From contig NC_087263.1 in NCBI RefSeq assembly GCF_037042905.1, positions 12,278,001 to 12,342,000 of the forward strand: a stretch of 64,000 nt of DNA. The letters are read 5' to 3'. A program made the translations under genes and the position numbers. The notes under the pieces were generated by a model. It made no database searches, was not told where the DNA came from, and saw only the letters and a program-made list of their open reading frames with translations. The stretch is from Lytechinus pictus. Its lineage: Eukaryota. Below, piece by piece: positions 12,110-25,251 of the stretch. Every line of letters begins with the position of its first letter. Positions within the stretch are counted from its first letter, which is position 1.

Positions 12110-12217
12110 CAAAGAAGTGATTGATGCGATCAACCACAACTATAGAAAGCCAGCAACGTCAACATCTGAAATGCATGTTTTTTTTTTCAAAATATCTTCT
12201 AGATATGATGAGTTTTC

Positions 12218-12273
<56 letters not shown>

Positions 12274-12620
12274 TTTTGAAAATTCAGTGAGCTTCGTCAT
12301 GTTTACAATGGGGAAATTACACAAACTATGAACGTCCGACCCCCTATATATATGGAACATACATGACATTTTCTGTCTCTGATTTTTTGTTCTTTTGACA
12401 GTCTGTAATGTTCTCAAAGGACCATGAGTTCGTCAGTTTATGAAGGGAAGAAGTAAGACTTGAGAAAAATGGGGGTCGGACGTACAAAAAGGTTGATCAT
12501 TTTATAGAATTGCCCAATTGGGTATTGTGTAAATTTCCTGCAGAAAAAAATATGACATTGATGGATTTCCATACAGTTGAGATTGATCGGATCAATCATA
12601 ACGCTTTGTAAGACGGGGCC
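12110..12620. mobile_element. Harbinger-like MITE copy, interrupted and containing (TA)n
   Basis: Homologous to 43337-43605 and 25252-25764; ends TTTGTAAGACGGGGCC|CTG. Confidence 0.7.
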
Positions 12621-13919
12621 CTGTGGAATCAAATTAATTCTCTTGATTGTGTAAAGAACATTTCAATCTATAATTTCGGTGGATCGAGATGACCTAAATG
12701 GAATAGTTTTCGGCCATCACTATATCCGTATATACAGAAAGTTGTTTGTAACTTTGTTTTCTAAGTTTGCGACCGACCAAGCCCACGTGACTGTCTTTTT
12801 AATATGTTTTGAAAGAAGACAGTGTCGGGTTTTTATTTCAGATAAAGAAGTTAAACTACTCTTCACTCCTAAAACATATCACTAGTATCCTCTTGGTGTT
12901 TTGTGTGTGTCATTTTTCCTACGACTGGTTCGATATGTGTTCACTTTCCAAAACTACCAATATCTTAGACATTGGAAACGAATTCAAACGATCGAAATAC
13001 TCGAGAAAAAAATAATAGAACCCTGATATGACCATGTAACTGTTTAGTTTTCTCACATTGTCTTTACTTCTTGGTTGTTGTTGTTGTTGTTGTTGTTGTT
13101 CTCAGAAGAGCAATGAACCCAATTTTGAGATAGCCAGACATGGCGCATGGGGCTTTTTTTTAATGTTGCGAAATCGTGAAAGTTTTTTTTACTTTTTTAA
13201 TATGAAAATTTGTTTTTTTTAATAGATTTTAACATAATATTCAGAAAGTAATATCATATTTCACCACTTTTCCCTTCTTTTCTTTCATTTTCTCCCTTTT
13301 TTCTCGGTCATGATTTTTTTTTTTTTGGGGGGGGGGCATGCCCCCAAGTCCTCCATTTGTTTGCCAGTGGTTGTAGTTGTTACAGCAGTTAGTTTTTGAA
13401 ATATATGAAATATACCAAAAATAAATATTTGGTCAAGTATGAGAGTTCAGCCAAAGTTTCTTACTTGCTTTATGAACCCATCTCACTTTATCGTCGTATT
13501 TTCAAAATGAGCGAACGATCAAAGAACATACGACAGTGTTTCAAATTGCTTGCTGTATTCGTTTGCCTTTTAAAACCACAAGGGGTCTGAATTGAAGGCG
13601 ACCAAAGCGAGCAAGAAAAGGCAAGCAGGATCCTTTACCTTTTTTTACCTTTTTGATAGAATTGTCAGTTGCAAACTTTCTAAACCATATTACTTCGCTT
13701 ATCAAATGTGTTTGATTAATACCTCCATAGGCGGATCCAGGACGGGCCCGGCCCCCTCCTATTGGCGGAGCAAAAAAAAGAAAGAAAACAAGAAAAAGAA
13801 GAGAAAAGGAGAGGAGAAAAAAGAAGGGGAAACATAGGAGAAGGAAGACGAGTGAATAAAATAAGGGGAATACTTGGAAAATAATTTTTAAAAACTTTCA
13901 TGTCACTATATAAAATTAA

Positions 13920-14900
13920 CGCTCGCGCTTCGCGCTCGCATTGCCTTTTAGATACATATCTTGCTCAATATGGAGCTTAAATTACCAAATTTTAAAGTCA
14001 ATATACAAAGCATATTACAGCTCGGAAAACGAACTTTCATTATTTTGTTTGATTTACAAATTGATTTGTAAAAAGTGCTCTGTAAAAATTTATGTTATAT
14101 GGTCTGAATATTACAATTTTCTGCTCGCGCTGCGCGCTCGCAAAATTCGATTCCATAAAGTTTTCAAATATCCCTATTCAGGTCACATTGCCAAAACGTA
14201 TCAGCTAGCGCTGCGCGCTCGCATTTTGATTCCCTTTGTATCTTTCAATATTAATTCTTTACCAAACTACTTAAAATCCCAATTTCACTACAGTTTATCA
14301 AATATTTCGGCTTGCGATTTGCGCTCGTATTGATTGTTGAAAATATATTAAATCATGCATCTTATTCATAATTACAAAAGTGCTTTAAATGTCCAGTTTT
14401 CAAGCCATGATATCAACATATTTCGCACTCTAATTAGGCTTATTAGATTAATAAATAAGATATTAATTTAATAATCAAACTGTCCATTTCTCAGAATGGA
14501 ATATAGACAAGTTTCATCTCGCGCTTAGGAAGAGAAATAGGAAGATAGTCATCATTTGTATACGACATAATGTTCTTAGAATGTCCCAGTCCTCTGTCAA
14601 AACTCAAAGGAACAATATTGAGACATATCAGCTTTTTAACTGATCAATATCCACCTCACAATTTTCCTACAAAGTGCTTGAAATACAGAGCTTAAATTGA
14701 CCCTTTTCAGATCGGAATATCAAATATTTTAAGCTCGCGCTTCGCGCTCGCTTTATTGGTTTTCATGTTAAAAAAGGTATTTAGAATGCCCTGATTCTAG
14801 ATCGCACATGTTTCTTTTTTCAGATACGCAGCTTGTTCTCTATTTAAATCATTATCCAATATATCAAAAAATTTCTGCTAGCGCTTTGCGCTCGCATTAT
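13920..14900. repeat. Degenerate ~100-bp-period array anchored on GCTCGCGCTTCGCGCTCGCA
   Basis: Motif copies at 13921, 14123, 14204, 14310, 14518, 14733 and 14877, mostly preceded by TATCAAANATTT. Confidence 0.8.
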
Positions 14901-15193
14901 TATGAAGAAAGATTTCCAATTATTCTTAAATCTTAATGATTTACAAAACATGACTAAAGTGTCCAATTTTTAGGCATAAATCACGAATTTATCTATTATA
15001 AAAACATTCCTTTTGGAATTGGTTTTTACATAAGTCAATCTATTTTTTATAATTTCATTTCCAGGCAGAAGAAACAAAAACATGCATCACATCATTGACA
15101 CTGAAATAACAATTATGAAATTGAGCACAAGTACATACCTGATATTACTTAATAGAAAAAAAAATATCGAGAGGTTGTCCACATTTAAAATAT

Positions 15194-15895
15194 AGTTCAG
15201 TTCAGTTCAGTTCAGTTTGGTTTATTTTCATATCTCATAAAATATCAAATACATTGTACAATGTAACGTCCATCGAAAGACAGTAAATCATTGATAATAA
15301 CATAATACAATACATCACCATAATTCATAATAAATCAGACAAATGTTATACAATTGAACGTTTGGATTGGAGACAGATATATCAATAAGATGAGAATATG
15401 AAGGGCAAACTATTTAAAAAGCAGAACTTGTAATTTATAGTTTCCCTAATAATTAAATATAAGTAATTGTCAACTTGTTTTAATATCAATATGTGAAAAA
15501 AATAATAATAAAAAACGAGAAAAAGAAGGAGACAAAAAGAAAAAAAATACAAAGGGAGGTGGACTAACAATAGTTAAGAGGAACATTTGTCTAGGGAGCC
15601 GATGAATTGTCATTTAGATATTTGTTTAAAATATAAATTTTCAATTTACGTTTAAAAGTATATATAGAATTGCAATCTTTGAAGTCTGTTAGTAGTTCAT
15701 TCCAAAATAATGGACCTGTGACAATAATTGTTTTATGTGAAAAAGCTGTACGAGTACGTGGAAGATGATAATAATGACTTTGACGAGTAGGATAACTGTG
15801 AATCTCGTCATTTCTTCTAAATAGAGAAGATACGGTAATAGGTAATTCTTTTCTTGAGAGTTGAAACATAAATATTCCAAGTTGGAATATACCAT
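15194..15895 (-). mobile_element. 5'-truncated CR1/Crack-like LINE (ORF2 C-terminus, 3' UTR, tail)
   Basis: HSYPTRQSHYYHLPRTRTAFSHKTIIVTGPLFWNELLTDFKDCNSIYTFKRKLKIYILNKY; minus-strand AATAAA followed by an (ACTGA)n tail at about 15194-15226. Confidence 0.85.
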
Positions 15896-16022
15896 AAATA
15901 TACCATAATATACTTAAATTATTTTTCCTTTTCTTTTATTTACTCCTTCTTTTTCGCTCTATTTACGTGGACGTGATTTAAAAAAAAAAGTTTTATTTAT
16001 ACATTTGTTTATTTATTACTCA

Positions 16023-16055
<33 letters not shown>

Positions 16056-16094
16056 GGGGGGGGGGGGGGGGGACAAGCCCCCTTGAGTCAGTAA

Positions 16095-16341
16095 TAGGGG
16101 CGGATTCAGGATTTTCCAAATGGGGAGGGCACAGTTTTTCGTGGAAAATTTGAGAAGAAAAAAAAAATAAAAAAAAATAAAGAAGGTCCTCACTTGTGTA
16201 TGTACGACATATTCCCTTAATTTTTTTTTCTTTAACTCTCAAGAGGGGGGGGGGAGTGGCACACTTGTGTATGATTTTTTTTACAATAGAAATATTGACT
16301 GTGACTCTCAAGGGGGGGGGGGTCCCCTGGATCCGCCATTG
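16095..16341. mobile_element. GGGGCGGAT(T/C)CAGG-terminated MITE, hAT-like
   Basis: AGGGGCGGATTCAGG ... CCTGGATCCGCCATTG inverted ends. Related ends at 13727, 23873-24620 and 27900. Confidence 0.65.
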
Positions 16342-16734
16342 TAAAAAAAAATAATGAAAGGACATTAGAATTGAGAGGGAAAGGATTATATCTCTTTTTA
16401 ATTAGAAGGTAGGCAAAAATGACTTATAGAGGGGAATTAACGTTATTTCTTCTCAATTTTGATTCCTTTCCTTTTTGTTCTTTTGTTCTGCTTCTTTCCT
16501 TAATTTAATTATTTGCTGCTGACGGCATTGGTTAATCTGCTGGCAGTAATTTTGAGGGGCGTCAATCCCACCTCACCCTAATTTAAGAAGAGGGATGCCC
16601 CTGGACTCTGGGGTGAGGAACATGATTTGTGTATTCCTGTGGTCGACACCAACCAGAGTGTAATCCTTCCTTAGAGATATAAACTGTATTTGACTACAGC
16701 TAAGCGCATACCACTTATTCCCAAGAAAGGTTAC

Positions 16735-17061
16735 CATTCTTGTAAACAAACTCAGCTGATATGGAATGCATGTCGCCGCGTTCTAATATCAGTGGACGGC
16801 TCGCGAGAGCGAGAACCATGCATTGTGTGACGTGAGCAGCACATTATTTAGCATACAGAAAAGAGCTGTCTGCTAGCTCTGCTCACTCGTTCGTCACCGT
16901 ATGGAATTTCAATCGGAGACGGATAATCGTTTCAACCACTATTCGCTCGCAGTTTGGATTTAAACTGGACATCATTCATCTATTGGATTTGGCCTTGACT
17001 AGGATATGTATCGTGCGTATGTGACGGCAGTAGGAGAACGTTGAAAATATCAGAACTCACG
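16735..17061 (+). promoter_or_regulatory. Putative promoter and 5' UTR of gene 2, with upstream ORFs
   Basis: Unique CpG-enriched stretch directly upstream of the ATG exon; TGTAAACAAA (Fox-like) at 16741 and TGACGTGA (CRE-like) at about 16828; upstream ATGs at 16901, 17006 and 17019. Confidence 0.55.
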
Positions 17062-17564
17062 ATGGACGAAAGGCGTCGGTCACTGCCAGCGGCGTCGGCG
17101 GAAACGGGCGAAGCGGTGGAGTATACAGCGCCCAACTCTGCCGGGCCAGCCGTGACCACGTTTCCGCCCATCACCGAGGATTCGGTCGGGTCGCACTCCT
17201 CACTTGCAAGTTCGGATCCTATCGGAATTCATGCAGCTGCAAATAATGGAGATGTCGGAATACAGAGCCTTAATGGAATTACAATGCCTTTATCGCCAGA
17301 CACGCCTGTTGTCTTGGGGCCCGGCCCCATTCTTGTTGGGAATAAAGCGTCTGAGGAGATACAACAGATTCTTGCAGTTGCTGGAGCTAGCGCTGCTGTG
17401 GCGGCCGCTGCTGGTCAGTCGGCCCAGGAGGAGGGGGCGGAGGAAGTGACGGAGGGTGGTAACGATGATGCGGACGGCTCGGAGACCATTGATTTTCGTT
17501 TCACCAATACTTTGACTTTGGATCGGTTTGCACATTTTACCATCAAGAAACAGACAAGTTACAG
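17062..17564 (+). CDS. First coding exon of a large gene; disordered N-terminus, weak resemblance to long PDE1-type phosphodiesterase N-termini
   Basis: Strong start context ACGATGG; 167 open GC-rich codons MDERRRSLPAAS...ETIDFRFTNTLTLDRFAHFTIKKQTSY; consensus donor CAG|GTAAGG in phase 2. Product assignment is low confidence. Confidence 0.85.
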
Positions 17565-17611
17565 GTAAGGAACTTTGAATTATGAGCACCATTTTCAGTT
17601 ACCAACCTTGG

Positions 17612-18885
17612 TACCACCACACCTACCATCCCCACCACCACCACCACCACCATCATCATCATCACCATCATCATTATCATCATCACCATCATCACCATCA
17701 TCATCACCATCATCATCATCATCACCATCATCACCACCACCATCATCATTACCATCATCATCAACACCACCATCATCGTCATTACCATCATCACCACCAT
17801 CATCATCTTCACCACCATCACCACCACCACCACCACCATCATCATTACCATCATCATCAACACCACCATCATCATCTTCACCACCATCACCACCACCACC
17901 ACCACAACCATCATCATCACCACCATCATCATCACCGTCATCATCATCTTCACTACCATCACCACCACCACCACCACCACCACAACCATCATCATCATCA
18001 CCATCATCATCACCGTCATCATCATCTTCACCACCATCACCACCACTACCACCACAATCATCATCATCATCATCACCATCATCATCATCACCATCATCAT
18101 CATCAATCATCATCATCACCATTATCACCATCATCACCATCATCATCACCATCATCACCTTCATCATTATCACCATCACCATCATCATCATCATCATTAT
18201 CACCACCACCACCACCACCACCATCATTATCATCATCATCATCAACATCCCCCTCACCATCGTCACCACTTCCACCACAATCACCACCATCATCATCACC
18301 TGGCCGGTCACAACCACAACTTCAACCATCACCACCATCAATACTCATCAACATCTTTATAATCTCTGTCTTCATCGACATCGTCTTTACCAGCACCACC
18401 ATCACCACCACCATCATCATCACCACCATAATCATCATCATCAACAGAATCATTATCATCATCTTCATAAACAACAAAATCATCATCATCTTCATATCAA
18501 CACAATTTCACCATCATCATTATCATCATCATCATCATCACTACCACCACCAACATCACCAACATCATCATCATCAACAGAATCAACAGCATCATCATCA
18601 TTATTATCATCATCATCACCATCATCATAATCATCATCATCATCATCATCTTCATAAAAAAACATAATCTGCATCATCATCTTCATATCAACACAATTTC
18701 ACCATCATCACTATCATCATCATCATCATCATCATCATCACTACCACCAACATCACCAATGTCATCATCATCATAAACATCATCAATACCATCATTAGTC
18801 CACCACCATCATAATGATCCTCACCATCATCACTGCCATTCCCACCTCCACCAGTACCATCATCATCATCATCATCATCATCTTG
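17612..18885. repeat. 1.27-kb (CAT)n/(CAC)n microsatellite at the start of intron 1
   Basis: Visible triplets with higher-order blocks (e.g. TCTTCATATCAACACAATTTCACCATCATCA twice); followed by (GAT)n at about 19000-19100. Confidence 0.97.
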
Positions 18886-19639
18886 ATCTAACCATGGAAT
18901 AGGTCCATGATCTCACATGTCTAACAAATATAGACATGTACACAATGATAACTATATTCTTGCTACCGATATAATGGTGATAATTGATGAAAAATATTGA
19001 AATGATGATAATGTTGATGTTGATGATGATGATGCTAATGTTGATTTTGATTATGATGATGATTAAGGATGATGATGAGAATGAAGATGGTGGTGATAAT
19101 GATTATTTGTTATCAATATCTATAGTATCAATTTTCTTCCGATGTTAGATGAAAAGCACCACTTACATGGATGTTGTTTTAGTTATACGTATGCCCGGAA
19201 CGTATGCGGAATATTTAGTGTGGAATGTTATGATAGTTTTTACTGTCTTTATTGTGGTTGTTTTTATTGTGGAGGAGGTGAATGGTGTTGTTTTAAGATA
19301 TATAGTTGTAACTTATTAAACGTTTTGTAATAAAAGCATGATTGTGGGTATTGACAGAGTTTTATTAAACCATTTTTTTAAAATACCTTAATCATCTTGT
19401 TGTTAATTACGGTTGAATCAAGTTTCAAAACAAATGTTACAGTTTCTATCATAACTGCTGTGTTTTCAAAAGGAAAATAATATTTTCAAAGGAAATGCAA
19501 GCAGTCGGGCGCATTGGGAAATCAAATGAAAGAAATGTGGATTTCACTGTAAATTTCACTTGTTAATGTTGCGCTTTCAAAAGGAAATGTAAAATAACAT
19601 TTTCAAAGGAAACGCAAGCAGTTGAACGCATTATGAAGT

Positions 19640-19990
19640 CAACAGTGTACAAGGCATCTATTTTCGCTAGTGCCAGAAGAAGGCACGCGAGCAAAACACG
19701 ACTCGACGAAATATGAATGGAAATTGCGTCATTGTTCTTTGAAATGGAAATACGAGTGCTCAATCGGAAATTGATGAATCAAAACAGCAGTTTCGTCCTG
19801 GACTTTGGACAAACGACCTATTTGCAATTTTTCATCAGCTCTGAAACTTTAATTGTTAGGACCAACTGTTGTTCCGGTTCACTTATTTTCGACAAAGATC
19901 TCCCAGCTGTTCATTGTCATTTGTTGGGTATTTTCATTATAATTACTGTGATCTTGAATTCGTTTTTCGTCACGGTGCGAACTCCCTTAT
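19640..19990 (+). repeat. Dispersed repeat, three copies in the window
   Basis: TTTCGTCCT..GGACAAACGAC..ATTTGCA...TTCCGGTTCA..ATTTTCGACAAAGA..TCCCAGC is shared with 41700-41970 (+) and 51890-52500 (-, interrupted). Confidence 0.75.
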
Positions 19991-20024
19991 GTCACTTTTA
20001 TCCAATAGAACCCCCAGCTCTCTG

Positions 20025-20220
20025 CACTCTGAAAAAAGGGTTTATCCAATATTGGGTAAAATGGGAACATGCATTTGGTTGGGTAAAAAGATACCCAATA
20101 TTTTGTAAATTTTACGCAATGTTGCGATGACAAAGTCCACTTTGGGGTAAACAAAAATACCCAGCAAACATGCTATGTTCCCTTTCTACCGAATATTGGG
20201 TAAACTTTTACTCAATATGT
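20025..20220. mobile_element. CACTCT-type (EnSpm-like) MITE, degenerate
   Basis: Reverse-orientation homologue of 28723-28922. Confidence 0.7.
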
Positions 20221-20518
20221 ATTTCTTGGTCACTACTTCAAAATCATGGGGGTGGGAGGCGACCCCATCCCCTGCCCGTTACCCCCTTGCCCCTTTACAC
20301 CGTCCGCTTCTCTCCATGCATGCCTGGCTCTGCACATGACACGGCATGCATCACGAGCGAATAACGTAACGCGCAGCAAACAAAATGGGGCTTATAATGT
20401 TATCATGCGGTAACCAAGATGCAACACCTATTCCTTTCATCCCTTTTGTGTATGTAGCCGTCTCGCGTTTCATGAGGGTACATGTAACCGAAGACCTTTA
20501 TTCTGTATGTCACCGGTC

Positions 20519-20927
20519 TATTTTCCCCATTCCTGCAATTCTGGTGAATATATACAAGGTTCATTCGTCCAGGCGAATCTCTGAAAACCAGACTCACCAA
20601 ACATGCCCCTGTCACACCCACGATGGCATGTCACTCTAACGTTATAGCTTTGATCGGCCTTTGAGTATGTCGGTTTCGATGGGTGTGACACCAGCTCACC
20701 ATAGAATGTATTTTCTCCATACCTGCAATTCTGATGAATATACAAGGTCCGTTCGTCCAGGCGAATCTCTGAAACAGACGCACAAACACATGCCTCCGTC
20801 ACACCCACACAACCGATTCTAAACCGACCCATGGCACGTCCCTCTAAATAACGTTATTAGCTTTGATCGGCCTTTGAGTGTGTCGGTTTCGATGGGCGTG
20901 ACACCAGCACACCATAGAATGTATTTT
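20519..20927. repeat. Local tandem duplication, about 190-215 bp, each unit containing a GTCACAC hairpin MITE
   Basis: CCTGCAATTCTG...TTCGTCCAGGCGAATCTCTGAAA...GTCACACCCAC...CTTTGATCGGCCTTTGAGT...CACCATAGAATGTATTTT occurs twice. Confidence 0.9.
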
Positions 20928-21569
20928 TATCTGTCGAACTCTTGAGAAATAACTTATGTTCGTGCAGACCAATACAACAATTATTGCCGAACCGCGTGTG
21001 TCACTAATCTTCTTAGAATGTAATGGTTTAAATTGAGATTTTAGTAGCGTTTAAGCAGTTTCGTTACGACCGTGGCTTTGAGGTTTTAGGTGATAATTGT
21101 TGCATTTTTAAATATGCGAAAGACCGGTGGGATTTTTTTTAACGCAGCAGTAGTGTAACAAAGGTTCTGTGAAAACTGGGATTGGCTTACGCAACTTATT
21201 CAATAGATTCTATTTCATGTAACATGATGATCTTATTGCGGTCACTTGACATGTGTAGGCCTATAACCCTGATATTCCTTATCGTAATAGGTTTTTCCAC
21301 TTCTTTTCTGATCATGTTTCGCTTTGGAACAATGAAATCATACAAAAACATTTTTCTCCTGTGTTCACTAGTGATCATCTTACACGAGACGTCCCACTCT
21401 CTCAGAGCCGACGAGACAAGCGTGGAATGTGGATGTATTTTTTCCCATTTCGAGCTGTTAATTAATGATCGAGGAAAATCTTATGAAAGCATAATGGATG
21501 GGACAGGTTATAACAAAATAACAACTAAGAAGCCTTGATTATGTCAACAAATCCTCAGGAAAGAACTAT

Positions 21570-22460
21570 GTCCTTTATGCTTCTGAAGCAGAAATTACCA
21601 AGTAAAACAAAATGCAGGTGAAATGTCAGGAAAACATTAGGAAAACCATTTTTGCCCTGTATATGTTTCCGAAGTGGAAAATATAAACGTAGTAAGTGCA
21701 GTGTCGGAAAACTCTCGCGCAATCATTAGTCATGTATGCTTATGTAATAGAAAATGTAAGTGTGCAGGTGTAATGTCAGAAATTATCGGTCAATCCAAGA
21801 AGCCCTTTTACAGGGGCCGCGGAACCGGGGGGACTGGGGGGGGGGGGGGGGCTTCAGCCCCCCACTTTTTTTCCAAAACCGTGTACAAAAACGTAAAATT
21901 TACCATATGATTGTGATTTTTGGCATGGTCAGCCCCCCACTTTGAAAACCGTTCCGCGGCCCCTGCTTTACTGTACTAGAAAATATGAACTGTTTAAATG
22001 CGGTGTTAGAGAAACATCAGGCGAGCCACTGCACTCCATAATTATGCTTCTGAAGTCGGAAATAATTCGTTTGTAAAAAATGAAATGTCAGAAAGCCCTC
22101 GTACAACTCATTATGCCTATACTAATGCTTCTGATGTAGAAAATAATAGCAATTCCATGATTATTGGTATGTTTGGGAGGGAATTGATTGTATCAAGTTA
22201 ATGTGATTTAATGTTCCTGTACTAGAAAATATAAACTGTGTAAAGTGCAATGTCAGATAAACCTCAGACAACCGACTGTGCCCCACATGCTTCTGAAGTA
22301 GAAAATACTTCGTTTTATGAAGTGCAATGTTAAGAAAGTCATCGTGCTATACGCGTTTATACATTTTATGCTACAGAAGAAAATATGAAATAGTGCTAGT
22401 GCAACGACAGAAAATCCTCTCGCAACCCAATATATCTTCACGATTCTGAAGAGGAAAACA
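21570..22460. repeat. Degenerate ~70-80 bp minisatellite (TATGCTTCTGAAGTAGAAAATA...GTGCAATGTCAGAAA)
   Basis: About 10 diverged units, interrupted by the MITE at 21811-21965. Confidence 0.75.
21811..21965. mobile_element. 155-bp CAGGGGCCGCGGAAC MITE with 5-bp TSD (hAT5-like)
   Basis: TIR CAGGGGCCGCGGAAC / GTTCCGCGGCCCCTG; flanks TTTTA/CTTTA; near-identical inverted copy at 34639-34797. Confidence 0.85.
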
Positions 22461-24444
22461 TATAGGCCTAAATGTTGCGTGACTGGCTGTTAATTTGAAG
22501 TGGATTGATTTGTATTTATATATGATAATTAGTCTAGATTAGATACGAAGGGTTTGTGGTAGATCATGATCAACATCACATCAAATTGGTGGGTAAACCC
22601 AATTAGCAAATTGAGGTTGCGAAGCACTTCTTCAACACGCTGTTGTGAAGTTTTCCTTTAGATAAATCTGCCAACTCTGGATCCGAGTGCACTGCTTTAG
22701 GGGGGTCTATGAAGGATTTCCTCCCTTATTTGGCGTCATATTATTATTATTTTTTTAATACGAGAAGGAAAGTGAGAGAAACATCGAGGAAAGTGTGATG
22801 AAAATCCTTCAAAGAATAATGAAGTGTAGTTGTGAATTTTTCAGGGTAAAATGTAAAGTCACACTTAATTGTAGCAGTTGCGTAATGAGCGATAAATGTT
22901 GAGGGAGGGGGAGGTCCCGGGGAGGTATGCGTATGGGGCAAACATTGAAAAAAGTCGCAAGCGAGCGAAATTTCGCCTTTTTTGAAAAATGAAAATCTAT
23001 TTCTGTTATTTTTATATGATATTTAGAAAATGCTTTGGATGTATTTTGTGTGTGTCAGGCCCATGATGTAAAACAACCCTCGGCTGATCATGTTTTATCT
23101 TTATCCTGAATAAATATGTTACAATAAAAAATATGATAAATGATTAGGTCAATGATAGGCCCAACACTGACTAGTATCATTTTCATATTTTCATCCTATT
23201 TTTCATTCCTTCCCCTTTTTGTCATTTGTCGCGCTTTTCATAATCTAGAAAGGTCACCGTTCATTGCATGTGTACTTAAGTAGGCCTACCATGATATAAT
23301 TTCACCTGGATTCCAGCCACTGTGTAACGCAGAGGTACGTTATTCCAATTTAGAATAGATAAAAATAGATATTACCGATTTATCGATTGATTGAATACAC
23401 TTATATACGTGGAGCCTGCACGAGATTACTTTAATAACATGGGCAGAATACATGCACACGTGGACTGTACGCGCAGGAACTGTACTCAATGTTGGACCCA
23501 CGTCGACCCACGTGCATGTAAACGCTACACGAAGGCATTTTTGTATTGATTTTGGTATGCACAATTTATTATTGACACATGCGGCGTAAATTATAGCCTT
23601 TGAACATTGTAAACAAAAAAAAGGTCAACGAATTTGCTAAATGTATAAAAAAGGATCAAACGATTTGTTGAATTTAATAAACTTCAAGGGGAATTTCGAT
23701 CAGGCTGATGCCCGATTGGTTTAAGCTTTAAAAATGATGATAAATATTACAATACAATGCATTTTACATATAAACTATTTTTTCGCTATTTTTTTCCCCC
23801 ACGGAGATGTTTAACGACAAATCAAATTTATGGCAATATAATTCAACAGTAATTGAAAAAGAGTATATGTATCAGGGGCGGATCCAGCTTTTTATAAAGG
23901 GGGGGTTGGGGTGGTATGCGAGGGAGCGTAGCGACCGAGTCCAAGCGAGCGAAGCGAGCGAGAGGGGGGAGGGTATGGGAGGGGGGTGTCCCCCCTCCCA
24001 CAGTAGGGAACATTTTTGAAAATCTGTGTGTGAAAATGGCGTTTTCTTGCATCTAAAACACCACTCTTTTTGGTATAGAGGTCGTTGCCAAATTAACCCC
24101 CATGAAAATTTGTAAAATTAAGTTGCATTTTCCTGCAATGTAAGGCCAGTTAACAACACAGATACAAAGAATTGGGGACAGAAAATCCCCAAATTCGTTT
24201 TTCATAAAACTCAATATTATTTTCATTCCCAAATATTTATTTTTCATCCCCAAAGACTTCAACAATCCCCCAATTTTTTTTTTTTATGTGGGGATTTTGG
24301 GGATGAGAATCGGCAACGCTGGCCTAGCTTGTCACTTCGGCGGTGGCCCGTGTCCTCAAAAAAGCTGATGGGGGGGGGGGGGGGGGGGGGCAAGGGACTC
24401 TGTGACATTTGTTCGCCCAACCCCCCCCCCCTCCCCCAAAAAGA

Positions 24445-24475
<31 letters not shown>

Positions 24476-25251
24476 GAAATAAATACATAGAAATAGAAAT
24501 AGAATAAAATAAAATTACAAGTTAAAAAAAAAAGATAAGATTTAAAAAAATGGTCCCCGGATTTTTTTTTTTGGGGGGGTTGCAACCCCCCAACCCCCCC
24601 CCCCTCTAGATCCGCTTCTGTGTATATACTTAACTTCAGTTTCGCATAGATGTAGGCCTTTTCAAATTATTAAAGAAAAAAAAACAACCATAGTAAAGGA
24701 ACAATAATTATAAAATTGTACAATCATATTGCGCAGGGGGAAAAAACTAATCATCATGTAAACAAGGGTCGTAATTTCTCCTTGTAAACTTTACCATTTT
24801 ACGATTGGACTCAGACATATTCTTTATGAAATATATCATAAAGAGAAATGTATAAATGTTTGACGAAAATGCATCAATTAGTAAGAGTATGAATCGTTTT
24901 TATTTTACGACATCACAATCTGCGATAAGCTGCCCCACATGGCATACGCCATGAATGTAAATTGCATAAATTTTTGATTGCTTATGATAACTGAATTATT
25001 TTTCTTCAAGAAGCGGTATTAACTACTGTGCCTGATACGCGCTCCTAAAATCATTTCCAATTTTCCGAGAAAATTGATTTTTATGGATTTAATATCAGAC
25101 GACATTATTCATTGGGAGGTGAGTACAGTTAAAATCACAAAATAATACGTTAATATTCCTTTTCATTCTCGGACGGATTGTGATTTTCTCTCATTTTTTT
25201 CATTATAACTGAAAATCAAACTAAAGACATGTGCAAATTTTATACAACCAG

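Noticed and set aside
13920..14900. CRISPR-like repeat-spacer appearance
   Set aside because: Repeats are degenerate, spacers are 60-190 nt and mutually related, there are no cas genes, and the context is eukaryotic.
17543..18686. Long ORFs encoding poly-His, poly-Ser/Pro and poly-Met/Asp
   Set aside because: They arise from a (CAT/CAC)n microsatellite open in several frames, lying just after a consensus splice donor.
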